A DNA stretch of 64,000 bases, taken from Nymphaea colorata. Taxonomy: Eukaryota. The DNA is taken from contig NC_045138.2 of assembly GCF_008831285.2 (NCBI RefSeq), forward strand, positions 8,742,001 to 8,806,000, read 5' to 3'. This document shows, piece by piece, positions 22,976 to 35,864 of this stretch. A program made the translations under genes and the position numbers. How positions within the stretch are numbered: position 1 is the stretch's first letter; each line of letters begins with the position of its first letter. A model generated the notes under the pieces. The model was not told the DNA's origin. It ran no database searches and saw nothing but the letters and a program-made list of their open reading frames with translations.

Positions 22976-23771
22976 ATCTTTGTGGTTATGATATATATGC
23001 AGTTCACTCGTGAGGATCGTTTGATGTATCATGATGGATAGTTAAATGGAAGACGAGGAGAAAAAAGTTTGAACCACTACTAGATGACGTAAATGTATCA
23101 CATTTTTCTCACTTTTCACCTCAACCGTTTATCTCATTAGATCAGATAACCCTCATGAGGACTTGGGTAACTCTTGGTAGTTAGTCATTATATATATATA
23201 GCTTTTTAAAGCCACACAGCCATTTAATAAGGATCTTTCGATTCAAGATGAAAGATGATAGAAGTTTAGGAGAAAAAAATAAGAAGGAAAAAGTGATAGG
23301 CATTTTTATCGTTTAATATTAATTTATATATTTTTTTCTTGTTGTTATCTCAACAATCCATTTGCTTCAAATTAGATGGTTGAGTGACTTCAAATAACTA
23401 CAGTCATCATTCACTCATTATATATATATATATATATATATAGTAATTGGTAAATACTATGCCACTGTCAAAAACCAAACATCTTAAATTTGTGTTAAAA
23501 TGTGTTAAAAAAATGTGAACCTCCTAATGCATTTGTAAACACTAATTTAATATAATTCATGCTTTAGTTCATGCTGTTATTATTGTAAAAAAAATTGATC
23601 TTTTGCTATCAAAATTTTAATTTTATAAGTGCCGTTCATTTTTTTATTAAAAGAACAGCATTAAAGTGAAAAATAACTATAATGTTAGATTGTTAAAAAA
23701 ATTAATAATTAATTTTAGTAGGTCTGGTTTTTATTCCTTACTCAGATGGCCTAGTATTTACCAACTTTGTA

Positions 23772-23772
<1 letters not shown>

Positions 23773-23827
<55 letters not shown>
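23773..23827. repeat. (TA)n microsatellite
   Basis: Read directly. Confidence 0.97.
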
Positions 23828-23831
<4 letters not shown>

Positions 23832-25439
23832 CATGAAGTCATACCAAGAACTTTGAAAGATTTGCGTCAACGTGGAGTTGGAATTTATATAAAAGCCTAT
23901 AAAATGGCCATTTTCGTTTTTCCTTTGAATCTTAAGTTGTTCTAAGCAAGTTGAATCATGTCGATGTGATTTATATGGTTGTCGTTCACTACACATTTAT
24001 CAAATCAAAATGTGCTTCTATGAACAACAAAATTTTGCATTTTGTGACCTTGATATAGAATCTAGATTAATCAGCAAGAATGACTGAAATTTCTCATGTC
24101 GATAAGTCAAAGCTGGGCTTACTTTAATATGTAGGAGAGTTTTAAAAAAATTACCTACTAAAGGCCTAAAATTTTACCTATAATAGAATGAATTTTCTGC
24201 TCTTTGTTGCTCAACTTACGAAAAATGAGAGGAAATTGTCAATGCAATAAAATAAAAAAAGTTAAAGTCGGGGAGGAGAGGCTTTCAATTTCTTTGTAAG
24301 AGCCTTCTATCCCTTTTCCATTCACTCCTATAACTCATCAAACATAGTGGGAAAGAAAACAAGACAACTTGAACAAGAATTTCGATAGTGTCCTTGCTAC
24401 AAAAATGGAAGAAAATAACACCTCCTGTGGTGCCTATATTGGGAAATTATATGAGATCTTGTAGACCACCACACTTAAATAACAACCATAACATGGAATT
24501 ACTGAAGTTGGTAGGCCATTTTTTCCTTGAACCAGTTCCTGTTCGACCTCAATGCCCTATGTTAGAACAGTAAATATTAGGTTAAGAAGGATGCATTGGC
24601 TTTATCAACCAATTAAGGGAAAGAACAATTCTGGGCATCAATGTCACTAAAATAAACTTGTGGAACATTTGAACGTCTTTTGAATGATCAATTTTCAGAA
24701 TGGCCATCTCAACTACAGCAACTCCATGTATACATTCTTGGTTGATTGATTTTACAACTTCTTTCCTCATGAATTCAAATAAATGTATCTTGTCTGAATG
24801 TCACCCAATTCTTGTGCATCATTTGTTACAGGACCTTTTTAAAAATTAAAAGTATAGAAACATTGAAAGTAATTTAAAAAACAGCTAAAGGTTTTCTATA
24901 CCAAAAATTAGTTATATTTTAAAATCATAAAATATGTTCTCGATCTCCCAAATTACATATAAGGGTCATGATGTTATATTTTCGTCAAATTATTGACTGA
25001 TGCAAAATTGTCAATTCAAGAAATTGATTGAGGAAACCTGTATAAAAAGATGTCTCTACTACATGAAATTCTTATGTCTACCAAAAAACTCATCTTGTAA
25101 GGTTCAAACTAAGGATATCATATCTTTTCAATATGGAAAAGTTATATTTTCTCCCTCCTACTAAGAATGTAATGCTGGTAAGGAAAATTATGGGCCAATA
25201 TAAACTGTTTCGATTAAATTTATTGATCATAATGAATCGCTTATATAGCTGGCATAGTGTATGACAATATACAAGATATACATGCAATCCAAATTTAAAA
25301 TATCCTTGTCACTATCGGCTGTTACTTGTTCTCTCATATCTCAAATTATCTTTCTTATTTGAATTTGAGGATCTGTGTAACCGATCCAAATTTGGTCACA
25401 GCTTGAAGTTCTCCTTGATTGATGCCATTCACAACATTT

Positions 25440-26790
25440 TGCGTATCTCTTTGCATTAAGTCCATGTTTGTTTCTGAAATACAAAAAACGAGCTCTGCCC
25501 AACAGTCTAGTGAAAAGGTCCGCAATTTGTTTGGAAGAGCAAATGTGCCTTGTTTCCAATGCCTCAGAAGAAATTTGCTCGCAGACATAGCGATAGTCAA
25601 AGCTCGACATGCTTCGAATGGCTATGATGGATACTAGGGATGCTACCAGTAAACATCATCTTTAAGAATATCATGTATTGGAGGCTACCAGTTATGCTTA
25701 TATAAAATGTAGGTTCTGGATACGGAGCATCATCTTTAAGAGAGCAAGGAGATTCAACCATCAGTGTATTTGTTGGTTTGCAGTCCTCCAAGTTTGCCCT
25801 TTTGAGAATATCGCAAGTGTATATTGTTTGATTGAGAAGAATATACGAGTTATGCCTTTCAAACTCCATGCCAAGAAAATGATGGACAAAACCAAGATCT
25901 TTCATTGCAAAATTGACATTGATTGTAAATAACTAAAAATAGATGTCTCATAGATGATCGATCACTCTATGTAGTAACATAGAGTGGTAAAAAGATCATC
26001 CCTTTGGGTATTTTATACACAAATAAGTATGAATCCACCGTGCTACAGTAGAAGTGATATTATGTGAGCAAGAATTGCTTAACCTCTTACAGCCTTTTTG
26101 GATGGTGGGAGAAGGAGAGAAAGGTATGTAAAAAAAAAGCCTTGTGTTTGGATGACTAATTACTAAGGAGGAAAAGGAAAGAAGAGCTAAGAACTCTGTT
26201 TGGGTGCAAAAAAAAAGGAAAGGAAAGTAAGGGAAAGAAAATGACTTTTTAATGTAATTTCAATCCTTCCAAAAATAGAGAGATTGGGAGGGAGAGGAAT
26301 GGACGTTCTTTTCCTTTCATTTTCCTTCTCATTCCCTTTCCTTTCCTTTCCCCTCCATCCATTCATTTCCCTCTCTTTCCCTTCCCCTCCATCCATTCAT
26401 TTCCCTCTCTTTCCCTTCATCCGAACAGTGCATTAAACCAGATGCAAGAAGACTGTCATAGACCATAAAGAAGTTTCTTCACTGGACATGTGTAGTTCAG
26501 CTTATGTGTCTCTGAAGCCCGATGGTTGTTGCATGTATATAATCTCATACAAAGTTCCATGAAAGAATGGATCTTTTATGTCAATTTTGATGTAAGGGCC
26601 AAACATGTGATAATCAATCGTAAAAATGATCCTTATAGTCTTTGGTTTGATTACCATCTAAAATGTATCGATAAAACCAATCCTAGGTAGTTGTGTGTAT
26701 AGCCTTCAGCTACAAGGCTGGCCTTCAACCTGTCGAAAGTTTCTTAAGCTTTGATTTTGGTCTTGATGACCCACCGGCAGCCTATAACAT
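25440..26790 (-). mobile_element. Decayed Ty1/copia RT-RNase H remnant
   Basis: Minus-strand LYGL*QSS..WFKRL, MKDLGFVHHFLGME and QIADLFTR, with many stops and frameshifts. Confidence 0.85.
26090..26432. mobile_element. Tourist-like (PIF/Harbinger) MITE
   Basis: TTA duplicated at 26087-26089 and 26433-26435; removal restores copia WFKRLS; ends ..TTTGGATG / CATCCGAACA..; purine-rich left half and pyrimidine-rich right half. Confidence 0.85.
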
Positions 26791-28195
26791 AATTTTTCTA
26801 CCTCATATTACCGCCAAGGTAATGGACAGGTGGAAGCAACCAACAAGATTTTGATTCATCTTAAAAAAGACTTGAAACAAGCCGAGATTGACACGAGAAA
26901 ATACACAATACATTTTGGACATACCGAACCATGATTCAGACACTCACAAACACCAAACCAGCCGAATTATTATATGAGACAGAAATTGTACTCCCATTAC
27001 ACATTTAAAAACCAGCAACAAAATTTGTTGCCTTAATTTAACTCCCTATGAACAAATACAAATGAAAGAGATTGACACCTTGATCTCTTTGATGAAAAAA
27101 TATTACAAGCAGCTAAACATGTGAAAGTCTACCGCGACAGGGTAGCTCGGCACTACACAAAATCTGTCATCCAAAGGAAGTTCAAAGTGAATGGTCCTCC
27201 AATCTATATCTCCTTTTAGAGGCAAACCCAAAGGTAAATGGGCTCCCAATTGAGAAGGACCTTTTGTCATTAAAGAGGCTCTTTCCCGCAATTTATATTG
27301 GCTAATCGATGCTAATGGGGTAAAAATCCCCAACCCAATCAATGCGGTAGACCTCAAGAGATTCTATGCTTGAGTGTCACCATAACCGTAAATCATCAAA
27401 TGATTAAACACAAGTTTTCTCCAAATGAATTTCCTAAGAGAAATTGAATCAATCTTTCAAAATTAATTTCTACAAAAAAATTTTGAATTCCAAGAGTGAG
27501 TTTTCAATCTCATTGTGAATAAGCTAACACAAGGGGCATTAGTTTGCAATGTATAAAAAATTCCAATGAAATTGAGGGTTCAATATCTAGGAACTGATAC
27601 TGTCTTGAGAAATAAAATAAATTGTGAAGGTCAAACACAACACACCACAGAGGAAAAGTCTTTGTAGCCGAAGTGACCTTGGCAAGATGAAAAAAGAGCT
27701 ATCAAACAAAATGTGTTGAGCGATGAGCTCAGAGTGAGTGTGGACGTTCCTCTTGTTTAAAATTCCTCAATAGTGGGTTGGCCTACAACCTATACTTGCA
27801 CTGTGAAGCTAAAAACAACACATGAACATTTTGCTTATGTCAAGCCTCCTAAATCCTTCTGGACTAGAGCAAGTACACTTGGTACCCTAAAGCCAATTGG
27901 TCTGGAAGCTACCGGCCCAAAACTCGCTATAAGGGTTTAGTAGAAAGCCTGATAAGCATGATGTTGCATAAAGCAAGCTACACAAAACCATTAAAGCAGT
28001 GGAACTCTATAGTTTCTTTTGGTGCTGTAAGGTATTTCTCCCAAGAGTGAAGGGTGATTGAAAAGAAAACAAAAATTCAAAATTTAAAGCCAAAAAGGCA
28101 AAACAAAATATAAGAAAAAGCACTTGCTAAGGGACAAAAGGCATGAAGTACTAAATCATGTGGGCTTCAAATATGAAAACTTCCTACAATTAAAG

Positions 28196-31167
28196 TGTAA
28201 CGCTCGTTGTTTGGCAGGACGGGTCGGGTCAGGGTCCAGACCCGGACCCGAGCCCCTCATGCGTGAGCGAGCTCGACTCCGCCTCCCCTCCCTCGTCTTT
28301 CCTTCTTCTCCGTCTTTCCCCTCTTCGTCTGCTACGACTGTAGCTTGGTGAAGCTCGAGGGCGGTGGGTGGAGCAGCGGCGAAGGTGACGGAAGGGGGCA
28401 GCGGCAGCGGCGACGCTTTGGTAAACACTCTCCCTCTCTTTTGTGCGATTTACCCCTCTCTGCCTCTCTCTTGCTCCTGCCCTCTATGCCGCACGTCCTC
28501 TCTTCCTCCCCCTCGCCACCCTCTTTGCCCTTTCTGCTAGCTCTCTCCCACCCGATCCCTCTTCTCACTCACCCGCACTCCCCCACCTGCTCTTTCTCTC
28601 TTTTCTCACCACCACTGCCGTTTTCCCCCTTAACCAAACCCCTCCTCTCCCTGTCTCTCCTCTCTGTCAGCGTCCTTTTCTCTGGTTCATTTCAGCTTTT
28701 CCCACTACTACCGTGGGTCTCTCCTAGCAACAGATTTTGTGTTGAACTTTATTTCGACGTGTGTTGACTCTTTTTATGGTGTTTTGGGGTTGGATTGTAG
28801 TTTAGGGACGTTTTTCCCCTCTTACCAGCTAGTAGGGCGTGTAGTGAGCAGTGGCAGCAAGCAATCTCGAGCATTGGCACTTGATCGGACGTGTTAAGTG
28901 GTTGCTAGAAGGGTTGTAGCAGTTTGGACGCTTGTTTTGCGGTGAGCGATACCTAATCAAGCTCAAAGTAATGAATATTATCTTCTAAAGCATGTATAAT
29001 TATTGTTCGAGCATACTAGAGCTTATAATTGATGATTTTGGGACGCATGTTAGTGATTTTGTTTTTGGAGGAAACTTAGGATTTGCGTTGGGAAGTAATG
29101 ATTCATGTATTTAATGATCGTTTAAGCATGATGGATTAATTTTTGAAGCTTTAGGGAAGCATGGTAGAGATTGTGAGGTTGTGGGGAAGATTTAGAACCA
29201 TCTTAGAGAGTGTAGCGCAGACTTCCGTGAACGGATGTATCATGAAGTTAATTAGGGAAAATATACGTATTTGGATGTGACTTTGGGGTTGATGTCTTAA
29301 TTAAAGAACGTTATTGAGGAAGGAATTAGTGATGGATTGATTGATGGTTGAGGGTTTTGATATTTCGAGGCAACGTCAAGGCGTAAAGGAGGAGGCCTAT
29401 TGGAGAGCTTCTTGGTCGACACTACCTGTCGACACCCTCTTGAGGCGACGAAACGTGCCTCAAGGATTTTATTTTGTATTCGTTCGCTTTTGTTTGAATT
29501 GTGTAGGTATCTAGTAGAAACCTTATTCTTGTTTATGTTTGCAGGTGCACCGGGCACATCCCGTCGACCTTGAGTTCGAAGCTTGAGGCATTTTGAAGAA
29601 TTTGGTGAGCGCGCCACAGGTATGGCGACATTCCAGGCAAATCCCTGCCTGGGGCAAATGTGTGATTGTGTGCTCTTAGGATCAAGGGATCCTAGGATTG
29701 TGATGTTAAATTGATTGACTGCTTTGTGAATGAGTATATGTATGTTGCTTATGTGATATGAATGAGTTAGAAAGATTATTAGTCTTTTGTTTTGAAAATG
29801 TTACGCATTGACATGTGCATGCTAGAATTGATATCTGTTTAGGACAGATGAGGTGGGGTATCGAGTCGAGTGTCTCCTCGACCCCAATTGTGCATTAGAA
29901 AACATCATAGAATATATCTACATAGGACAGCTACGAGCCAACCGCAGATCGAGACTACTCTCTATGGATTGGCTAAGTTTTTCAAAGAGGTGATTGATGT
30001 GAGGATTGATGTGATGATTGATATGAATGTGTACGTTGTTGCATATGCATTGCCATGGGCAACGATGCAAATGGATGAAATAGAGGGTAATTGTACTCAT
30101 ATTGTTTGACGGCTAGCTATGACTGTTAGTATTATGTGTAGACCTCGTGTGGAGGCAACTGGAGGTGTGAATGCACTCGTGGAGTGTACCAACCTCATGA
30201 GCTAGCCAGTCAGTTTGTGAATGCATTATTCTAATGATAATAATGAATGATTAAGAGATGAGAGGCCGTTCTCGCCACTGGTCTCGTCTGTCGGAGCGCA
30301 GGCGGTGCAAGGCCCCAGGGTTCTGTTGTGTGTTGTGCTTGGAGCGTTGGGCTCCCACCTTCCCAACCTGGGTGTTCTAGGAAAGGCTGAGTATCTCACC
30401 TTGGACTTCACACATCCAGGGATGAGTGCTCTACCGCTGCAGCGGGTGAAATGGATCCATACTGTTATGGGCCACCACGGGGGTTGTCTCTCGGTTGTAG
30501 ACCGCCCGCGGTGTGCACGTGCCTGTGTTGCACCCACAGGAACTGTTAATGCACTAAAGTTAATGAAAATGTAATGTGTTTGATAGAATGCATGTGACTG
30601 ACGCATATGTGAATGATATGAATACAAGTGCTATGTTTAAGCATGCTTCGCATGTGACTGATGTTGTGTTAGTGTGGCCATCAAGTGGCTTTTACGTGTC
30701 GTACTCTGATACGACATGACGATAGATGGGTTGATATTTGTTCTTTTATTTGAGCCTTACTTGAGAGGGTTTGGCATTTTCCTCGCTTGTTGCCATACTG
30801 TGAAGGCTGAGCCTTCAGTTGTTTTCTTTTTCAGGTTTTGGCGGACCCGGGGCAACAGGTTGAGCAGATGGCTTTCCTCACGTCCTACTGGGGAGGTTTT
30901 GGGATTGTCGTTTGTAGTGCCGACGCGTCATGTTTTGGTTTTATTGATGTCTTCTTTTTGTTAGGCATCAATGTTATTATTTTGGGGCATTTTGGTCATG
31001 CACATAGATGTGAATTTGTATGAAACAAAATGGTTATATAAATGAAAGTTCACCCCCTTGTTTTGAATTGCTTGGCTCATCGTCTTTTTGAATTGTTGGG
31101 TAGTCACACCTCGATGCTTTATGTTTAGAAAAAAAAAGTTTGAGGGTTAAAAGGTCGGGGAGTGACA
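28196..31167 (+). repeat. 5' LTR (2972 bp)
   Basis: TGTAACG...GTGACA; direct repeat of 35865..38870. Confidence 0.96.
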
Positions 31168-31171
31168 GTTT

Positions 31172-31184
31172 TGGTATCAGAGCC
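31172..31184 (+). promoter_or_regulatory. Primer-binding site (tRNAi-Met)
   Basis: TGGTATCAGAGCC, 4 nt after the LTR end. Confidence 0.93.
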
Positions 31185-31403
31185 ATGGCAAACCCCATTA
31201 TGGATGTGAGTTAAAGCCTATCTGTGAAGCCGTGTTGCCCAGGTACGCATTTGTTTGATTAGTTGGTTATTGTAGTTTTGATTTTTCAAGTATAAGTATG
31301 TAATGTGATCTATGTTTTGAACTTCGTGCTAATGCACGTTGTGATTTGACTTGTGAGTTTGGTATTAGTCATGATTTGAGAATAAAGGATCTTGTTTGTA
31401 CAG

Positions 31404-34400
31404 ATGGAATATCATCGTAGGGGTAAGAAGCGTGCTGGGCCTTATTCAGAGGCACATAGAGAGCCCAGCCCAACCCATTCTGATCCGCATTCTCAGCGGG
31501 GTGACAGTGCGTCAGAGCCCCAGTATGCCCAACTAGGTGGGGGTGCCCAAACCCCATCAAGACAGACTCCGCCAATGGATCAGCAGACTATATTGCTGAC
31601 CACGTTGCCGACGCTGACCACGTTAGTGCAGTCGATGGTCGGTAATCAGAGGAGTAATGCATCTCCTCCGGGGGACACCAGTGCTCCAGTTCGGGAGAAG
31701 GCGACGACAGTGTCTTATCAGCAGTTTATGGCGATGCAGCTGCCTATCTTTTCAGGAGGAGGCAGTCATGACAAGGCAAAGGACTGGATTGAAGATATTG
31801 AATGTATTTTTGGGCTTCTAAAGGTGCCAAAAGAAGATAGAGTGAACTATGGCTCCTATTTGTTGAAGGGTGATGCCAAGAATTAGTGGCAATCAACTAG
31901 TGAGATTCGGTTCGTTGGCCAAGGGTCAATCTCATGGAAGCAGTTTAGAGATTCCTTCTTCAGCACATACTTTCCAGTGTATGCCAGAGACAAGAAAATG
32001 CAAGAATTTCTAGATTTGCAGCAGAATCAGTCAAGCTTAGAAGAGTACATTACGAGTTATCGGCACTTGGAGGTGTATTGCCCACACCTTTACACTACAG
32101 ATGAGGCCAGAGCGGGCAAGTTTGTGCTTGGGCTGCGAGATGGACTACGAAGCAAAGTGTTGACAAGTAAACCTTATGACTTGGATGAGGCAATTACAAT
32201 GGCACGATGCATAGAAGAAGATTGGGTAAGGACACAGAAGGATCATCAGAAGAAAGTAGGCCAGCATTCACAAGGTGGACGGACACAGGTAAAGCGCCAA
32301 CACTTTGCGGGCAGGACAAGGCCTTATGAGAGGCGGGATGACCGAACTTTCAGACGGAACCTGCCTACCCGTAGTGAGGCCAGACAGGGGTTAGTGGTCA
32401 CTCCGACTTCTTAGAAGTACCCCACTAGTTCTCGTGTGCACCCTGGGAAGCCGTGCTATCGGGTGACTGGGGCTTGTTTACACTGCGGAGGTATGAGACA
32501 CTTCATCAAGGATTTACCGTTGAAGAAAGAAAGAGAATTAAAGAAGCCTGAAGCCGGTTCTTCTAGCGCACGACAGACGTCTAGACGTGTCTACGCTACT
32601 ACTGTGGAGGAGCTCCAGGCACACGACCTTGTTGAAGGTACTTTACTTGTTAGTTCTCATATTGCTAGAGTGTTATTTGATGCAGGAGCAACGCATTCTT
32701 TTATATCTAGTCGATTTGCTACCTCACTAGAAGTGTCGGCTAGAAGAATGCCGTATGTTTTAAAAGTTGTTAGCCCGATGCATGCCCAAGAGTCGTGTCG
32801 TGAGTATCTTCCTGATGTGGACGTGGAAATCCATCAACTTCACCTACCCGCATAGTTGGTGATCGTAGGTCTCAGTGAATTTGATGTGATTTTGGGTATG
32901 GATTGGTTCTATGCGCATTATGCCATTATAGATTGCAGGAAGAAGCAGATACAGATGTTGACTAATGAGATGCAGCCTGTGGAATTTCATGCTCGTAGGG
33001 CCAGTCGAACTGATAAGATAATGGTGTCTGCATTGAAGGCTAAGCGATGGATAGAAAGTGGAAGCGTTGCCTTCTTGGTCAATGTGTTGATCAATGAGGC
33101 TGAACTGATGAAATTGCAGGATGTTGCCGTGGTGAGTGAGTATCCTGATGTGTTTCCTGAGGAATTGTCGAGTTTGCCTCCAACTCGAGAAGTGGAGTTC
33201 AAGATAGAGTTGTTACCAGGGACAACTCATATTTCTAAGGCACCCTACCGTATGGCACCAGCAGAGTTAGAAGAGTTGAAGAAGCAACTGCAGGAGCTCT
33301 TAGACAAGGGTTTCATCCGACCTAGTGTGTCGCCTTGGGGAGCACCTGTATTGTTTGTGAAAAAGAAAGATGGGACTATGCGCTTGTGCATAGATTATCG
33401 CATGTTGAATCAAGTCACCATCAAGAATAAGTATCCGCTTCCAAGAATTGAAGACTTGTTTGATCAACTTAAGAATGCAAAGGTTTTCTCTAAGATCGAT
33501 CTGAGGACAGGCTACCATCAACTCTTGATACGGGAGGAAGATGTTTCTAAGACCGCTTTTTGAACTAGGTATGGGTATTATGAATTCAGGGTCATGCCTT
33601 TTGGGTTGACTAATGCTCCCGCAGCGTTCATGGACCTCATGAATCGGGTTTTCCAAGAGTTCTTGGATCGTTTTGTTATTGTGTTTATTGATGATATTTT
33701 GGTGCACTCAGAGAGTGAGGCAGAGCACAGAGACCACTTGAGAAGTGTGTTGAGTCTTTTGCAAGCATAAGTTTTACGCCAAATACTCAAAATGTGAATT
33801 TTGGCTAGAGAAGGTAAACTTTCTGGGTCATGTGATCTCGAAGGATGGAGTATCCGTCGATCCGGCTAAGGAGTCAGCTGTTCACGACTGGAGGACACCT
33901 TGCAGTGTAACTGAGGTTAGAAGCTTTTTGGGATTGGCAGGATACTATCGCAGGTTCATACAAGACTTTTCGAAAATAGCTACGCCCACGACTAAGCTAT
34001 TGAGAAAATGAGTGAAGTTTGTGTGGAATGAAGAGTGTGAGAAGAGTTTTCGAACTCTGAAGGTCAAGCTTACTACTGCCCCTATTTTGACGCTTCCATC
34101 AGGTCATTCTGGTTTTGTGGTGTACACTGATGCTTCGGGGATCGGATATGGTTGTGTGTTGATGCAGCATGGCCGTGTAGTGGCTTATGCATCAAGGCAG
34201 TTGAAGGCCCATGAGCAACACTATATTACTCATGATTTGGAGTTGGGAGCAGTTGTGTTCGCATTGAAGATGTGGAGACACTATCTTTATGGTGCAACAT
34301 TCGAGGTGTTTACAGATCACAAGTCCTTGAAGTATATATCCTCGCAAAGGGATCTCAACTTGAGGCAAAGCAGATGGATCGAATATTTAAAGGATTATGA

Positions 34401-35854
34401 TTTCACCATATTGTATCATCCAGGCAAGGCGAATGTGGTGGCAGATGCGTTGAGCAGGCATGCCAAGGCGACAATGTGCAGTATGTTGACTCGTTCTTGG
34501 ACATTATTGCAAGATGTGATAGCTTGGCAGCCTTACATTTGTGATGAGAACAAGGCAATGATGACGGCCTTGATTCGGCATCCTTTGATGGAAGAACTTG
34601 TAATGAAACAAAAGGAAGATCTAGAGTTTGCTAAGAACATGGAAAAAAGCAAGAAGACAGATTCTCTTTGGCATCAAGGTGAAGATGGGTCATTGCGGTT
34701 TCGGCAGAGATTATGGGTTCCTAGAGATGAAGGGGTGAAGCGTCTGTTGCTTGATGAAGCTCACAAATCTAAGTTTTCTATTCACCTTGGCAGTACAAAG
34801 ATGTTTCAAGATATGAGAAGAAATTTTTGGTGGCCTGGAATGAAGCGTGAAATTGCAGAATATGTGGCAAAGTGTTTAGTTTGCCAACAGGTAAAAGCAG
34901 AGCATCAGCGGCCAGGAGGCTTGTTGCAAAGAATCGATATTCCAGTGTGGAAATGGAAAGACATTACGATGGATTTTGTGGTTGGGTTGCCTCGTACCAA
35001 AAGACAACAGAATGCCATATAGGTGATTGTTGATCGACTTACGAAGTCCGCTCACTTTCTGCCAATCAGAATCAGTCAATCTTTGGAAAGTCTCGCAGAG
35101 TTGTATATTGGCGAGATAGTGAGATTGCATGGAGTGCCAAAGTCTATCATTTCGGATCGAGATCCGCGTTTTACCTCTAGGTTTTGGGGGCAATTACAGA
35201 GGGCTTTGGGTACCAAGCTTAAGATGAACACAGCATTCCATCCCCAAACTGATGGGCAATCAGACAAGACTATTCAGACCTTAGAAGACATGTTGCGTGC
35301 ATGTGTCTTAGAGTGGAAAGGAGAATGGGACAAACATGTGAAACTGGCAGAATTTGCTTATAATAACAGTTACCACTCTAGTATTGGGATGACACCGTTT
35401 GAGGCTTTGTATGGAAGGCCGTGCAAATCTCCAACTTGTTGGACCGATTTAGGTGATGGCAAGATCGAAAACCCTTTAGTATTGCAACACTACACCGACC
35501 AAGTGAAATTGATAAGAAAGAAGTTGTTAACTGCTCAGAGTAGACAAAAAAGTTATGTTGACATTCGTCGTAGAGAATTGGCTTTTGAGGTGGGTGATCA
35601 TGTGTTTTTAAAGATTTCTCCTACTAAAGGTGTTTTCGCTTTGGTGCGAAGGGAAAATTGAGCCCGACGTTCGTAGGACCTTTTGAGATATTAGAGAAGA
35701 CTGGAGAGGTGGCATACAGATTGGCGTTACTACCAGATTTGAGTCACGTTCATGACGTCTTCCATGTTTCCATGCTTCAAAAATACGTACCAGATCCGAC
35801 ACATGTGATTGATTTTCAAGGTATTCTAGTACAAGATGATTTGATAATGGAAGA
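31404..35854 (+). pseudogene. Disrupted gag-pol polyprotein
   Basis: gag, degenerate Zn knuckle CLHCGGMRH, protease LFDAGATHSF, RT FIDDIL, RNase H TDASG, integrase HHCC and core, GPF motif. In-frame stops at ~31884, 32412, 32853, 33561, 34009 and 35020, plus frameshifts near 33770 and 35640. Confidence 0.93.
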
Positions 35855-35864
35855 ACGGGTCGGG

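Noticed and set aside
24388..24840. Possible host gene remnant on the minus strand (ECIHGVAVVEMAILKI...)
   Set aside because: No motif I can confidently assign and stops in all frames; a translated search would be needed
28124..28767. Ser/Pro/Leu-rich ORFs here and duplicated at 35816-36436 and 30226-30627/37921-38331
   Set aside because: They lie inside the two LTRs and reflect CT-rich or GC-rich composition; the duplication is explained by the LTRs
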